A DNA stretch of 64,000 nt from Bacteroidota bacterium (GTDB taxonomy: Bacteria > Bacteroidota > Ignavibacteria > UBA10030). Location: NCBI GenBank assembly GCA_040901865.1, contig JBBDYD010000137.1, positions 13,089-77,088 on the forward strand. Direction: 5' to 3'. Positions 54,813 to 64,000 of the stretch are shown one piece after another; positions within the stretch are counted from its first letter, which is position 1, and every line of letters begins with the position of its first letter. The notes beneath the pieces are model-generated. The model saw nothing but the letters and a program-made list of their open reading frames with translations, ran no database searches and was not told the origin of the DNA. A program made the translations under genes and the position numbers.

Positions 54813-55268
54813 ATGGATGACATTGACGTTAAGATCCTCGATATCCTTCAAAAACAGGGAAGAACGCGTCGCAACGACCTGGCGGAACGAGTCAGCCTGT
54901 CCCTTCCGTCGGTCAGCGAGCGACTGAGGAAGCTTGAAGAGTCGCAAGTCATTATCGGATACTTTGCCAAGCTGGACCATAAGAGACTCGGAAAGGATAT
55001 CACGGCCTTTATCGTTGTCACCGTTGATTCCTCGAGGCATTTTTCGTCGTTTGTCGAGCACGCCCACACCGTCGATGAAATCCTGGAATGTCACGCAATC
55101 ACCGGAGATGGGACGCATCTCTTGAAAATCCGAACCGAGAATACCGGCAGCCTCGAGAAACTCCTCGCGAAAATTCAATCCTGGCAGGGAGTGGTCAAAA
55201 CCACAACAAGTATGGTCCTCTCCACAGCAAAAGAGACATTCAGAATAAAAGTCAGCAACCACAAATGA
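54813..55268 (+). CDS. Lrp/AsnC family transcriptional regulator
   Basis: HTH DDIDVKILDILQKQGRTRRNDLAERVSLSLPSVSERLRKLEE plus a C-terminal RAM/ACT-like domain; 151 aa. Confidence 0.88.
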   Translation: MDDIDVKILDILQKQGRTRRNDLAERVSLSLPSVSERLRKLEESQVIIGYFAKLDHKRLGKDITAFIVVTVDSSRHFSSFVEHAHTVDEILECHAITGDGTHLLKIRTENTGSLEKLLAKIQSWQGVVKTTTSMVLSTAKETFRIKVSNHK

Positions 55269-55295
55269 TCCACTCACACTAATCCGGGAGCACGT

Positions 55296-56738
55296 ATGGC
55301 ATCAGTGACAAAGACCAAATCGTCCACGGCTGTGGACAAAGTCTTTCAACTCATGAAAGACCGGGAGATAAAAATCGTTGATTTGAAATTCTGCGACATG
55401 CTGGGACAGTGGCAGCATTTTTCTGTGACCACGACGGAGTTTTCGGCCGAGACCTTTGAAGAGGGGATCGGATTCGATGGTTCAAGTATCCGCGGATTTC
55501 AGAAGATCCATGAAAGTGACATGCTGTTGTTTCCCGATCCGGAGTCGGCGTTTGTCGATCCGTTCACTGCTGTGCCGACGATGAGCCTCACTTGCGACAT
55601 TACGGATCCCCTCACACGCGAGAGCTATTCGAGGGATCCCCGGTATATCGCCCGCAAGGGTGAGGCCTATCTCAAGTCAACAGGGATTGCTGATACTGCA
55701 TTCTTCGGCCCTGAGCCCGAGTTCTTCATTCTCGACAACATCAGGTTTGATCAGAGCCATAATTACGGGTATTACTACATCGATTCCGTTGAAGGATTCT
55801 GGAACAGCGGCGCCAACGGCTCCCCAAACCTCGGCCACAAACCCCGCTACAAGGAGGGATATTTCCCCACAGCGCCGATCGACACTCTGCAGGACATCCG
55901 GACAGACATGGTTCTGACGCTCCAGGCTGCTGGTATTGCCGTCGAAGTGCACCACCATGAGGTCGCCACAGCTGGGCAAACTGAAATCGATATGCGTCGC
56001 GATACGCTCACCCGCATGGCGGATAATTACCTCGTGTACAAATATATCACGAAGAATGTCGCCAAAAAGCATGGGAAAACCGTAACGTTCATGCCGAAGC
56101 CGATCTTTGGAGACAACGGATCCGGAATGCACGTCCACCAAAGTCTGTGGAAAGACGGCAAAGCCCTCTTCGCGGGCAGCGGCTATGCAGGATTAAGCGA
56201 AATGGCGATGTACTATATTGGCGGGCTCCTCAAACATGCACCTGCGTTGTGTGCTTTGACCAACCCGACGACCAATTCCTACAAACGCCTCGTGCCCGGA
56301 TTCGAGGCCCCGGTGAATCTCGCCTATTCGCAGCGAAACCGGTCTGCGTCGGTGAGGATCCCAATGTATTCCTCGAACCCGAAAGCGAAGCGGATTGAAT
56401 TCCGTTGCCCCGACCCCACATGCAACCCCTATCTTGCCTTCACGGCACTCTTGATGGCGGGTCTTGACGGCATCATCAACAAGATCGATCCGGGAAAGCC
56501 GCTCGACAAGGATATCTATGACATGACTCCCGAGCAGTTGAGTGGTGTCCCCTCGACCCCAGGCTCGCTCGAGGAAGCACTCACCGCTCTGGAAAACGAC
56601 CATGAATTCCTCCTGCGCGGCGATGTGTTCACCGAAGATGTCATCAACAACTGGATTGAGTACAAGAGAACCAAGGAAGTGAAACCGATGGCCCTCCGGC
56701 CGCATCCGTTTGAGTTCATGATGTATTACGATGCGTAA
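55296..56738 (+). CDS. glnA: Glutamine synthetase, type I
   Basis: [13 protein letters not shown] beta-grasp, [24 protein letters not shown] and SVRIP motifs. Candidate adenylylation-loop Tyr in KDIYDM. Confidence 0.95.
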   Translation: MASVTKTKSSTAVDKVFQLMKDREIKIVDLKFCDMLGQWQHFSVTTTEFSAETFEEGIGFDGSSIRGFQKIHESDMLLFPDPESAFVDPFTAVPTMSLTCDITDPLTRESYSRDPRYIARKGEAYLKSTGIADTAFFGPEPEFFILDNIRFDQSHNYGYYYIDSVEGFWNSGANGSPNLGHKPRYKEGYFPTAPIDTLQDIRTDMVLTLQAAGIAVEVHHHEVATAGQTEIDMRRDTLTRMADNYLVYKYITKNVAKKHGKTVTFMPKPIFGDNGSGMHVHQSLWKDGKALFAGSGYAGLSEMAMYYIGGLLKHAPALCALTNPTTNSYKRLVPGFEAPVNLAYSQRNRSASVRIPMYSSNPKAKRIEFRCPDPTCNPYLAFTALLMAGLDGIINKIDPGKPLDKDIYDMTPEQLSGVPSTPGSLEEALTALENDHEFLLRGDVFTEDVINNWIEYKRTKEVKPMALRPHPFEFMMYYDA

Positions 56739-56762
56739 TTCTTCCTGATCGTTGGGATGGAC

Positions 56763-56792
56763 ATCCCGGCCTCGCACGGCCGGGATTTTTTT
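56763..56792 (+). terminator. Rho-independent terminator after glnA
   Basis: Perfect 9-bp stem atcccggcc/ggccgggat, 6-nt loop, then a 7-T tract. Confidence 0.85.
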
Positions 56793-56847
56793 GACCCTCT
56801 GCTTTATTGCTTTTCGAACCCCTTCTTGGTACTTTGAGGCACCCAGT

Positions 56848-57639
56848 ATGACCGCTCGCGATTACACCCGAATCAAGGTTTCTGTCGATCAGCGAATATG
56901 TTCCATCGTGCTTTCCAGGCCTGAAAAGCATAACGCCCTGGACGACGCAATGATTGACGAACTGTCGGATGCCTTCCTCGGAGCCCAGAAAAACCAAAAC
57001 GTCCGTGCAGTCATCCTATCAGGAGAAGGGGAGTCCTTTTGCTCAGGGGCCGACCTTGCCTATCTTCAGCAAATCTCACGATTCGATTTTCAACAGAACC
57101 AGGAAGATTCAGGCCGTCTCATGAATCTCTTCCTCCAAATCTATACGCTTCGGAAACCCGTCATTGCCCAAGTGCATGGGAACGCCCTGGCGGGGGGATG
57201 CGGCCTTGCGACGGTATGCGATATTGTGATTGCTTCAAGGGAAACGGCCCGCTTCGGGTACACGGAAGTTCGCATCGGTTTTATTCCGGCCATCGTGATG
57301 GTTTTCCTCGTTCGCAAAATTGGGGAATCGCGGGCGCGTGAGATGACGCTTCGGGGAACGGTCCTTTCGGCGGAGGAAGCGTTTCAGGTTGGACTCGTGA
57401 ATCATGTCGTGCCTGAAACCGAACTCGACGGTTTTGCCCAAAACCTTGCGCGCGAAATGGCCCGGAATTGCAGTCCGTCCTCCCTTGGGCTCATCAAGGA
57501 ACTTCTTGCACGCCTTCACGGAATGTCCACGTCCGATGCCCTCGACTATGCATCCAACCTCAACGCGCTGACTCGAATGACGGATGACTGCAAGAAGGGG
57601 ATTGACGCCTTCCTTAAGAAAGAACCCATCCGCTGGTGA
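56848..57639 (+). CDS. Enoyl-CoA hydratase/isomerase (crotonase) family protein
   Basis: The internal ATG 56848 avoids overlapping the terminator. RPEKHNAL and GEGESFCSGADL oxyanion-hole motifs. Confidence 0.85.
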   Translation: MTARDYTRIKVSVDQRICSIVLSRPEKHNALDDAMIDELSDAFLGAQKNQNVRAVILSGEGESFCSGADLAYLQQISRFDFQQNQEDSGRLMNLFLQIYTLRKPVIAQVHGNALAGGCGLATVCDIVIASRETARFGYTEVRIGFIPAIVMVFLVRKIGESRAREMTLRGTVLSAEEAFQVGLVNHVVPETELDGFAQNLAREMARNCSPSSLGLIKELLARLHGMSTSDALDYASNLNALTRMTDDCKKGIDAFLKKEPIRW

Positions 57640-58160
57640 GCGACCTCTCAAGCCATATTCGCTCTGTCCCGGATTTTCCGAAGAAGGGGATCATCTTCAA
57701 AGATATTACGACCTTACTCAAAGATCCCATCGCGTTTCAGACGGCAGTTTCCCTTCTGAAGGACCATTATGCTTCCACGCCCGTCGACAAGGTCATCGGC
57801 ATAGAATCCCGCGGGTTCATCTTTGGAGGAGCCCTTGCACACCTGCTCGGTGCCGGGTTTGTTCCGGCGAGAAAGCCTGGAAAGCTCCCCGCTCCAACGA
57901 TTCGACAGGAATACAAACTTGAGTATGGAGTTGACTGCGTTGAAATTCATGAAGATGCGATCCGGCCGGGCGATCGAGTCCTGATCCATGACGACCTTCT
58001 GGCAACCGGCGGAACCGCCGAAGCAACCTGCAGTCTCGTGAATCGAATGCAGGGATCTATTGTCGGCCTGTCGTTTCTTGTTGAATTGTCTTTCTTAAAA
58101 GGGAGGGATCGGTTGAAACCGCACAATGTCTTTTCTCTCATTCAGTACGATGCAGAATAG
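57636..58160 (+). CDS. apt: Adenine phosphoribosyltransferase
   Basis: PDFPKKGIIFKDIT and PRPP-binding VLIHDDLLATGGTAEA. Confidence 0.93.
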   Translation: MSDLSSHIRSVPDFPKKGIIFKDITTLLKDPIAFQTAVSLLKDHYASTPVDKVIGIESRGFIFGGALAHLLGAGFVPARKPGKLPAPTIRQEYKLEYGVDCVEIHEDAIRPGDRVLIHDDLLATGGTAEATCSLVNRMQGSIVGLSFLVELSFLKGRDRLKPHNVFSLIQYDAE

Positions 58161-58183
58161 AATTCACATTTATTTCAATTCGC

Positions 58184-58648
58184 ATGCTCAGTGCCGGTTC
58201 GGCAGCTCCCGACGTTCTCCTGCATCTCCATAACGGCACCTCGCATCGCCTCTCCGATCTCCACCGCGTGCAAAATGTCGTTCTGTATTTTTATCCGAAA
58301 GATTTTACGTGGGGATGTACGCGTCAGGCTTGTTCGTTTGCCGATCATTATCAGGACATCGTGTCACGCCAATCAATGCTGATCGGCATCAGTGCCGATT
58401 CAGTTGAGAGTCACCGGCGATTCGCAGAGCGGCATCAACTGCCCTTCCTGCTCGCCTGCGACGCTGACCTCGGTATTGCCCGGGCATACAACGCTTTGTC
58501 CTTCGGCTTCAGGCGTCTCAGAGTCACGTATGTCATCAATCGGCAGGGGATCATTCGAGGGGTTGTGCACCATGAAGTCATCGTTGAGAATCACTGGAAG
58601 TCTGTTTTGAAAATCCTTCAAGAAATTGAGCCACAGGGAAAAGAATGA
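58184..58648 (+). CDS. bcp: Thiol peroxidase of the Bcp/PrxQ peroxiredoxin family
   Basis: FYPKDFTWGCTRQAC peroxidatic Cys motif; 154 aa. Confidence 0.85.
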   Translation: MLSAGSAAPDVLLHLHNGTSHRLSDLHRVQNVVLYFYPKDFTWGCTRQACSFADHYQDIVSRQSMLIGISADSVESHRRFAERHQLPFLLACDADLGIARAYNALSFGFRRLRVTYVINRQGIIRGVVHHEVIVENHWKSVLKILQEIEPQGKE

Positions 58649-60021
58649 AAACGATCATAGAACCATTCAAAATCAAGAGTGTCGAGCCGATTGGGTTTAC
58701 GACGGTGTCGGAACGCGAATCCATTTTGAGAAAGGCATTCTACAATCCCTTTCTCATCAAGGCAAACGATGTGCTGATCGATTTGCTGACGGATAGTGGA
58801 ACATCTGCCATGAGTGCACGCCAATGGGCTGGAGTGATGGATGGGGATGAATCCTACGCCGGATCCAGAAGCTTCTTTCGGTTCGAAGAGACAATTCGCG
58901 CCCTTACAGGGTTCCGGTATATTATTCCCACGCATCAAGGCCGGGCAGCTGAAAAGATTCTATTTACGGTTACCGGTGGTCCCGGTAAAGTCATTCCCAA
59001 CAATACCCATTTTGATACGACGAGGGCGAATGTTGAGTACTCGGGAGCCGAGGCAGTCGATTTTCAGACGGCCGAGGGGAAACAGCCTGCACTGGTGGCA
59101 GACTTCAAGGGAAACATGGACACGAAGGCGTTGGAGCGTTTTATCGAAGAGCGCGGTGCACGAAATATTCCTCTCTGTATGCTGACGATCACGAACAATT
59201 CGGGCGGTGGCCAACCTGTTTCGATGGCAAACATCAGGGAGACTTCCCGAATTCTCCGTAAACATCGGATCCCACTCTTCCTCGATGCGTGCCGGTTTGC
59301 AGAGAACGCCTTCTTCATCAAAAAGCGCGAAAGGGGCTATGCCAAGAAGAGCGTTCGTCAGATAGCAAGGAAAATGTTTTCATACGCCGACGGATGTACG
59401 ATGAGCGCCAAAAAGGACGGGCTGGTGAATATGGGCGGATTTCTGGCCATGAATGACAAATCGATGGCTTGGAAGGCGCGGAACATTCTGATTGTCACAG
59501 AGGGGTTTCCGACGTATGGAGGCCTTGCCGGAAGGGACCTTGAGGCTGTTGCCCAGGGCCTGGAAGAGATTCTTGACGAACACTATCTCACATACCGGAT
59601 CCGGTCTGTCGAATACCTGGGAGAGAAGCTTGTTCAAAGTGGGGTTCCGATTGTCCTTCCGCCCGGCGGTCACGCCATCTATCTTGACGCAGCCCGTTTT
59701 GCATCCCATATCCCGGCACATCAATACCCGGGCCAATCGATTGTGTGTGAGCTATTCAGAAAAGGGGGGATCCGGTCAGTGGAGATCGGCAGTGTCATGT
59801 TCGGAAGGAAAGATGCCAAGACCGGAAAATTTATTCCGCCTCCCATGGAACTTGTTCGTCTGGCAATCCCCCGGCGCGTCTATACCCAAAGTCACATTGA
59901 CTACGTGATTGAGGTCATTCTGGATGTATTCGCCGGGCGCAAGAAGCTGAGGGGCTATATCATTACGGAAGAGCCGCCGGTACTCCGCCATTTCACGGCA
60001 AAATTCAAGCCAATGCGCTAA
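58645..60021 (+). CDS. Beta-eliminating lyase: tryptophanase / tyrosine phenol-lyase family (specificity unresolved)
   Basis: EPFKIKSVEPI, IDLLTDSGTSAMS, GDESYAGS, PLP-lysine region MSAKKDGLVNMGGF, LRHFTAKF tail. Parts resemble TPL more than TnaA, but I cannot assign specificity. Confidence 0.88.
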   Translation: MKTIIEPFKIKSVEPIGFTTVSERESILRKAFYNPFLIKANDVLIDLLTDSGTSAMSARQWAGVMDGDESYAGSRSFFRFEETIRALTGFRYIIPTHQGRAAEKILFTVTGGPGKVIPNNTHFDTTRANVEYSGAEAVDFQTAEGKQPALVADFKGNMDTKALERFIEERGARNIPLCMLTITNNSGGGQPVSMANIRETSRILRKHRIPLFLDACRFAENAFFIKKRERGYAKKSVRQIARKMFSYADGCTMSAKKDGLVNMGGFLAMNDKSMAWKARNILIVTEGFPTYGGLAGRDLEAVAQGLEEILDEHYLTYRIRSVEYLGEKLVQSGVPIVLPPGGHAIYLDAARFASHIPAHQYPGQSIVCELFRKGGIRSVEIGSVMFGRKDAKTGKFIPPPMELVRLAIPRRVYTQSHIDYVIEVILDVFAGRKKLRGYIITEEPPVLRHFTAKFKPMR

Positions 60022-60099
60022 GAAGAATTCTTAAGAAAAATCGTTGCATCCCAGACTCTAACTTCATACATTTTTTCAAGTCGAACTTTGGGATGTTCA

Positions 60100-60819
60100 A
60101 TGATCCGATGCCCCGCCTGCTCGTTTGAAAACGATGAATTTGCAACAATTTGCAGTAAATGCAGGGCATTTCTTCAGAACAGGATCCCAAACCTGAATTT
60201 TTTTGACACATCTTGGGGGATTCTCGAATCTCCTTTCAAAACGTTTAAGACCATCGGAATCGCTGAGCACAAGAACTACGCTCTATTTCTGTTTTGCTGT
60301 TTCGGCATTGCTATTTCCTTTACAGCGGCCTGGTTCTTGAAACTCGGTGTGTTCTTTGAAACCCTGCTGGATCTTATCCCGTTCACATTCGGCCTCGGAG
60401 TCATTCTTGGAGGCGTCTTTGCCATCGTATTGCCGGTTGTTCACCAAAAAGTTACAAAAGTCATGGGCGCGACTTCGCATGTTCGTCAATCATACGGAGT
60501 CCTTGCGTATTCGTTTGTCCCGATCCTGCTTTCCCTCATCCTCGTGCTCCCCATTGAACTGCTGACGTTCGGAATGTATATGTTCACATCGAATCCGCAT
60601 CCCGCCGTCATTAAGCCGGTGTCATACTATGTATTGCTCGGGTTTGATATCTTACTTGGAACGTGGGCTGTGGTCTTGGCCGTTACGGGAACCCGTGTTG
60701 TGCAGCGCGTTTCAGTCATCCGATCAGTTTTCGCAATCACGGTTCTCTTGGGAATTCTCGTTGCAGCACTTGCAGCCGGGGCGCCGGGTTTGATCGCGCT
60801 TCTTCCGAAATGGTACTAA
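60100..60819 (+). CDS. Membrane protein with an N-terminal zinc ribbon and a Yip1-like five-helix domain
   Basis: MIRCPACSFENDEFATICSKCRAF (CxxC...CxxC), then five hydrophobic helices. ATG 60100 is preferred over TTG 60088. Confidence 0.5.
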   Translation: MIRCPACSFENDEFATICSKCRAFLQNRIPNLNFFDTSWGILESPFKTFKTIGIAEHKNYALFLFCCFGIAISFTAAWFLKLGVFFETLLDLIPFTFGLGVILGGVFAIVLPVVHQKVTKVMGATSHVRQSYGVLAYSFVPILLSLILVLPIELLTFGMYMFTSNPHPAVIKPVSYYVLLGFDILLGTWAVVLAVTGTRVVQRVSVIRSVFAITVLLGILVAALAAGAPGLIALLPKWY

Positions 60820-60820
60820 C

Positions 60821-61201
60821 GTGGAATGGTCACGGACGGAATTTGAAGATGTTGTTCGTCAGGCTTTTGAAGCATTGCCAGACGTCTTTCGTACCAAAGT
60901 CGATAATGTCCAGATCGTTGTAGAAGAATATCCCTCGGAAGAGATCCAGAAGGACATGAAGGTGGGAAAACACAACTTGTTGGGACTTTACACCGGGGTG
61001 CCGCTCCCTCACCGGAACACGTGGTACGGCACAACCGCAACGGTTCCGGATGTGATCTACCTATTTCGGAAAAACATCGAGGCGAACTGTACTTCGAAAT
61101 CCGAACTGACGGAACGGATCACCGAAGTGCTACTTCACGAATTGGGTCATTACTTCGGCATGGACGAAAAACAGGTCCGCCGCGCATTACGAACCTCCTG
61201 A
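60821..61201 (+). CDS. Small zinc metallopeptidase-like protein (zincin, DUF1025-like)
   Basis: GTG start. HELGHYFG HExxH motif near the C-terminus, and LLGLYTG in the middle; 126 aa. Confidence 0.65.
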   Translation: MEWSRTEFEDVVRQAFEALPDVFRTKVDNVQIVVEEYPSEEIQKDMKVGKHNLLGLYTGVPLPHRNTWYGTTATVPDVIYLFRKNIEANCTSKSELTERITEVLLHELGHYFGMDEKQVRRALRTS

Positions 61202-61226
61202 AGAGGGGTCATACAGAAAGGCAATT

Positions 61227-61535
61227 ATGGCAAAAGTGATTCTGCAGATCTCGTATGAAATTGATGAGCAGCAACGAACGGAGTACCTTGATCTCGCCGC
61301 GAAAATGCGGAACCATTTCAAGGAAACGCTGAAGAAGGATTATTCGCTGTACGAGGTAAAGGGAAAGAAGAATTCTTTCGTGGAGCAGTACGTCTGCAAC
61401 TCGATGGAGGAATACGAGGCCCTGGAAGACGATCAGGACGAGAAAAGCGGGGAACTCGTCAACGAGCTTGAGGCCCTCCTCAAGAACGGAAAAGCCCGCT
61501 ATATCACGCTTGTTGAATCAGATTCTGGATCCTAA
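61227..61535 (+). CDS. Hypothetical small acidic protein
   Basis: 102-aa ORF with a plausible start and coding-like composition. No motif recognised. Confidence 0.4.
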   Translation: MAKVILQISYEIDEQQRTEYLDLAAKMRNHFKETLKKDYSLYEVKGKKNSFVEQYVCNSMEEYEALEDDQDEKSGELVNELEALLKNGKARYITLVESDSGS

Positions 61536-61541
61536 GCGGAC

Positions 61542-63341
61542 TTAATTGCGTCGCCCAATGGCAAGGTGAAAGGTCTTCGTTTCGTTTCCCCGCTTCACGA
61601 CGACATCTACTTCATCTCCCGGTTTATACTCGCCGAGTGCAAACGTATAGTCGTAGAGGTTTTTGATTTCAATCGTCCCGAACTTGACGATAATATCCCC
61701 CGCCTGTAACCCCGCCTTTGCTGCCGGGCTGCCGTCTGTCACGCCTGACAGTTTCATCCCATCGACCTGTTCGCCGAAATCCGGAATCGTTCCGGTGTAC
61801 GATCGTGCACGACCCTGACCACTCGCTGCCGGTTGGCGCGGTGCTTCCACGCGAACATACGCCGGTCGGTCAACGCCTCGATCGACATCCAGAGCAATCG
61901 ACGCTATGAAGTTCAGGATCGTTGTCATTCCTTCATAGTTGATTTTTTCCCAATCATCTGACGGCTTGTGGTAGTCGGAATGGAGGTCGGTGAAGAAATG
62001 GAAGACTGGCATACCGCTTCCGTAGAATGAGGAATGATCGCTCGGGCCAAATCCGTCTTTCACGAGTCTGAGATCGAGCGTGCTGTCGGCGTTGTGGCTT
62101 GTGACAAGTTGCTCGAATCCCGGTGAAGTCCCGATTCCATACACGATGAGTTTTCTGTTGTTCATTCGGCCAATCATATCCATGTTGATCATCGCCACTG
62201 ATTGATCCAGCGGGAGGAGGGGGTTTTTGACATACGCGGCAGAGCCGAGAAGCCCGCGCTCTTCGCCGGAAAACGCAATGAACAGTACACTTCGTCGAAG
62301 CTCTGACCGCCGGCTCGCCAACAACTCTGCAAGCTCAAGCAGGCCAGCGGTCCCTGAGGCATTATCGTCGGCACCATTATGAACGGCCAGCGTATCCGGC
62401 GAAAGTGAACCTGATCCCGATCCGCCCATTCCTAAATGATCGTAGTGCGCACCCACAATAATGGCCTCTTTTCGCAACTCCTTATCAGAACCTTCGAGAA
62501 ATCCGAGAACATTGGTACCGGTTTTCTGGACCTTCAAGACCTCGGTCGAAAGGGAAATGTGCTTTCCGGAAAGGAGGAAGGAGCGCGGTTTTTTGTTTGT
62601 ATTGATTTCCTGTTGAAGAGAAGCAATAGTGGCGGGACCTGTAAGACTCTCCGCTGCCTGCCTCGTCATCGTAACGGCCAAAATACCGGCGTCGCCCATC
62701 GATTGGTCATACGACAGTTCTGCGAGAATATCATTTTCAGCGTCAGCAGGTCCTGCGACAATAATGACCGCCTTCGCTCCTTTCTCTTTCGCTTTCGCCG
62801 TTTTGTACCGCAACGCCGCTCCCGGACCAAATTCGCTGTGTGGGTTGTCTCCGTCCGGATGATTCCGGAAGATCACGACGGCTTTCCCTGACACATCAAT
62901 TCCAGCATAGTCATCGTACTGCTTCTCGGGAAGCGAAATGCCGTATCCCGCAAACACCACCTCTCCTTCAAACGAACCTGTCGACGAAAAGCCCATCGGG
63001 CGGAATTCGCTATTCAGGACCAGCTGTTTTCGTAACTCCCCAACAGACAGGATCGCCATGTTGTTTTCGCCCAACGATACGCCGGCCGTAAAATCGAACT
63101 TCTGAAAATATCCTCCGCTTCCAAGACCCTTCAAACCAATTTCTTCGAAATGCTTTGCAATATAATCTGAGGCGAGCCGCTCACCCGCACTTCCTGTACT
63201 CCTTCCTGCGAGTTGATCCGAAGCAAGATAACGGATGTGACTCCGAAGCTCATCGACAGTGATCCCCGGTTTTCTCTGGGCGGTGGAGAGAGAGAGGCAG
63301 GTTACCGCCAAAAGAAGGACTCGTACGATTCTTGTGTCCAT
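61542..63341 (-). CDS. Secreted M28-family aminopeptidase with a PA domain and a C-terminal PDZ domain
   Basis: Signal peptide. AHYDHLG, GADDNASGTAGLLELA, FSGEERGLLGS and PSDHSSF zinc-ligand motifs. PDZ GSPAAKAGLQAGDIIVKFG. Confidence 0.8.
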   Translation of the reverse strand: MDTRIVRVLLLAVTCLSLSTAQRKPGITVDELRSHIRYLASDQLAGRSTGSAGERLASDYIAKHFEEIGLKGLGSGGYFQKFDFTAGVSLGENNMAILSVGELRKQLVLNSEFRPMGFSSTGSFEGEVVFAGYGISLPEKQYDDYAGIDVSGKAVVIFRNHPDGDNPHSEFGPGAALRYKTAKAKEKGAKAVIIVAGPADAENDILAELSYDQSMGDAGILAVTMTRQAAESLTGPATIASLQQEINTNKKPRSFLLSGKHISLSTEVLKVQKTGTNVLGFLEGSDKELRKEAIIVGAHYDHLGMGGSGSGSLSPDTLAVHNGADDNASGTAGLLELAELLASRRSELRRSVLFIAFSGEERGLLGSAAYVKNPLLPLDQSVAMINMDMIGRMNNRKLIVYGIGTSPGFEQLVTSHNADSTLDLRLVKDGFGPSDHSSFYGSGMPVFHFFTDLHSDYHKPSDDWEKINYEGMTTILNFIASIALDVDRGVDRPAYVRVEAPRQPAASGQGRARSYTGTIPDFGEQVDGMKLSGVTDGSPAAKAGLQAGDIIVKFGTIEIKNLYDYTFALGEYKPGDEVDVVVKRGNETKTFHLAIGRRN

Positions 63342-63342
63342 A

Positions 63343-64000
63343 TTATTCTATCCAATCAGCAATGAAAATGTTGAATTCATACCGGCCTTTTGCATTTCTA
63401 TCGGAGACAAAGACCAGTTGTTTGCCGTCCCGTGTGAACATCGGGAACGCGTTGAAACTTCCGCCGACGGTAATCTGTCGGACATTGGAACCGTCATCGT
63501 TGGAAACATACAGGTGAAACGTCCGGCCTTTCGGATCGTTCCGGTTTGAAGCATAGACTATGCGTTTGTTGTCCGGATGAAAGAACGGGGCAAAATTCGC
63601 ACTCTTCGTATCCGTCAACTGCCGACGGTTGCTTCCGTCGGCGTCGCAAATGAAGATCTCCATTTTGGTCGGGCGGACAAGCTGTTCCAAAAGGAGGGAC
63701 TTGTATTCGGACGCCTCGGCGCTGTCTATGTGATGATAGGCCCGATAGACAATTCGTTTTCCGTCCCAAGAAAAAAAGGCTCCGCCGTCGTACCCAAGTT
63801 GGTGCGTAATACGCCGGACGTTGGAACCGTCGATGGACATTGTATAGAGTTCGAGATCTCCATCCCTGGCGGATGTGAAAACGATCTTGTCGCCGACCGG
63901 AGAGATCGTGGCCTCGGCATCGTATCGGTCCGACGACGATAACACTTTCAGGTCGGATCCGTCAGCGTTGGCAGAGTACAGATCGTATGCATTCCAAACG
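63343..64000 (-). CDS. PD40/TolB-like beta-propeller repeat protein, 5' end beyond the window
   Basis: Repeats such as GDKIVFTSARDGDLELYTMSIDGSNVRRIT and NKRIVYASNRND. The frame stays open upstream of GTG 63945 to the window edge (..LYSANADGSDLKV..). Confidence 0.7.
   Translation of the reverse strand, partial: VWNAYDLYSANADGSDLKVLSSSDRYDAEATISPVGDKIVFTSARDGDLELYTMSIDGSNVRRITHQLGYDGGAFFSWDGKRIVYRAYHHIDSAEASEYKSLLLEQLVRPTKMEIFICDADGSNRRQLTDTKSANFAPFFHPDNKRIVYASNRNDPKGRTFHLYVSNDDGSNVRQITVGGSFNAFPMFTRDGKQLVFVSDRNAKGRYEFNIFIADWIE

Overview
This is a chromosomal segment of a bacterium that looks like a member of the Fibrobacteres-Chlorobi-Bacteroidetes group, possibly Ignavibacteria- or Chlorobi-like. 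That placement is inferred from gene content (bshC, a DUF3098-like gene, a split b6-type cytochrome b complex) and cannot be verified here. Coding is dense, with about 70 CDS and 2 tRNAs, and adjacent genes very often overlap by 4 nt (ATGA or GTGA). I saw no rRNA, CRISPR array, transposase or integrase.

Left third: a lolE fragment and lolD, tRNA-Lys and tRNA-Leu, acyP, ispF, envelope genes (dedA, PAP2, lnt), ltaE and trpEG. These are followed by the classic rimP-nusA-infB-rbfA-truB-ribF-rpsO-pnp block, aroA, a MalK-like ATPase and bshC.

Middle (about 24.1-38.9 kb, all on the + strand): a respiratory supercluster. It encodes a 2[4Fe-4S] ferredoxin, a Rieske protein, a split cytochrome b6/subunit-IV-like pair, an 877-aa octaheme cytochrome c and a cupredoxin. 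These are followed by an A-type heme-copper oxidase in the unusual order coxA-coxC-coxD-(2 small ORFs)-coxB, then ctaA, ctaB, an ABC-2 exporter and a DUF420 protein.

Right: a minus-strand nucleoside salvage operon (cdd-tdk-nupC-punA), with an orphan cluster directly upstream of it. Beyond that are housekeeping genes: a PASTA protein, rpe, nagA, lrp, glnA, a crotonase, apt, bcp, a tryptophanase/TPL-like lyase, a Yip1-like protein, a zincin, an M28-PDZ peptidase and a PD40 propeller.

The best candidate for an undescribed system is the eight-gene, 9.8 kb minus-strand cluster at 42161-51988. It has three radical-SAM enzymes (two class-B/B12-type, one SPASM/twitch-like), three class-I methyltransferase domains, a protein carrying eukaryote-type GT29 sialyl motifs, an NTase-fold protein and an exported ASST-like lipoprotein. 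I could not recognise any scaffold enzyme or precursor for it.

All functional calls come from motif recognition in the supplied translations. No database search was possible.
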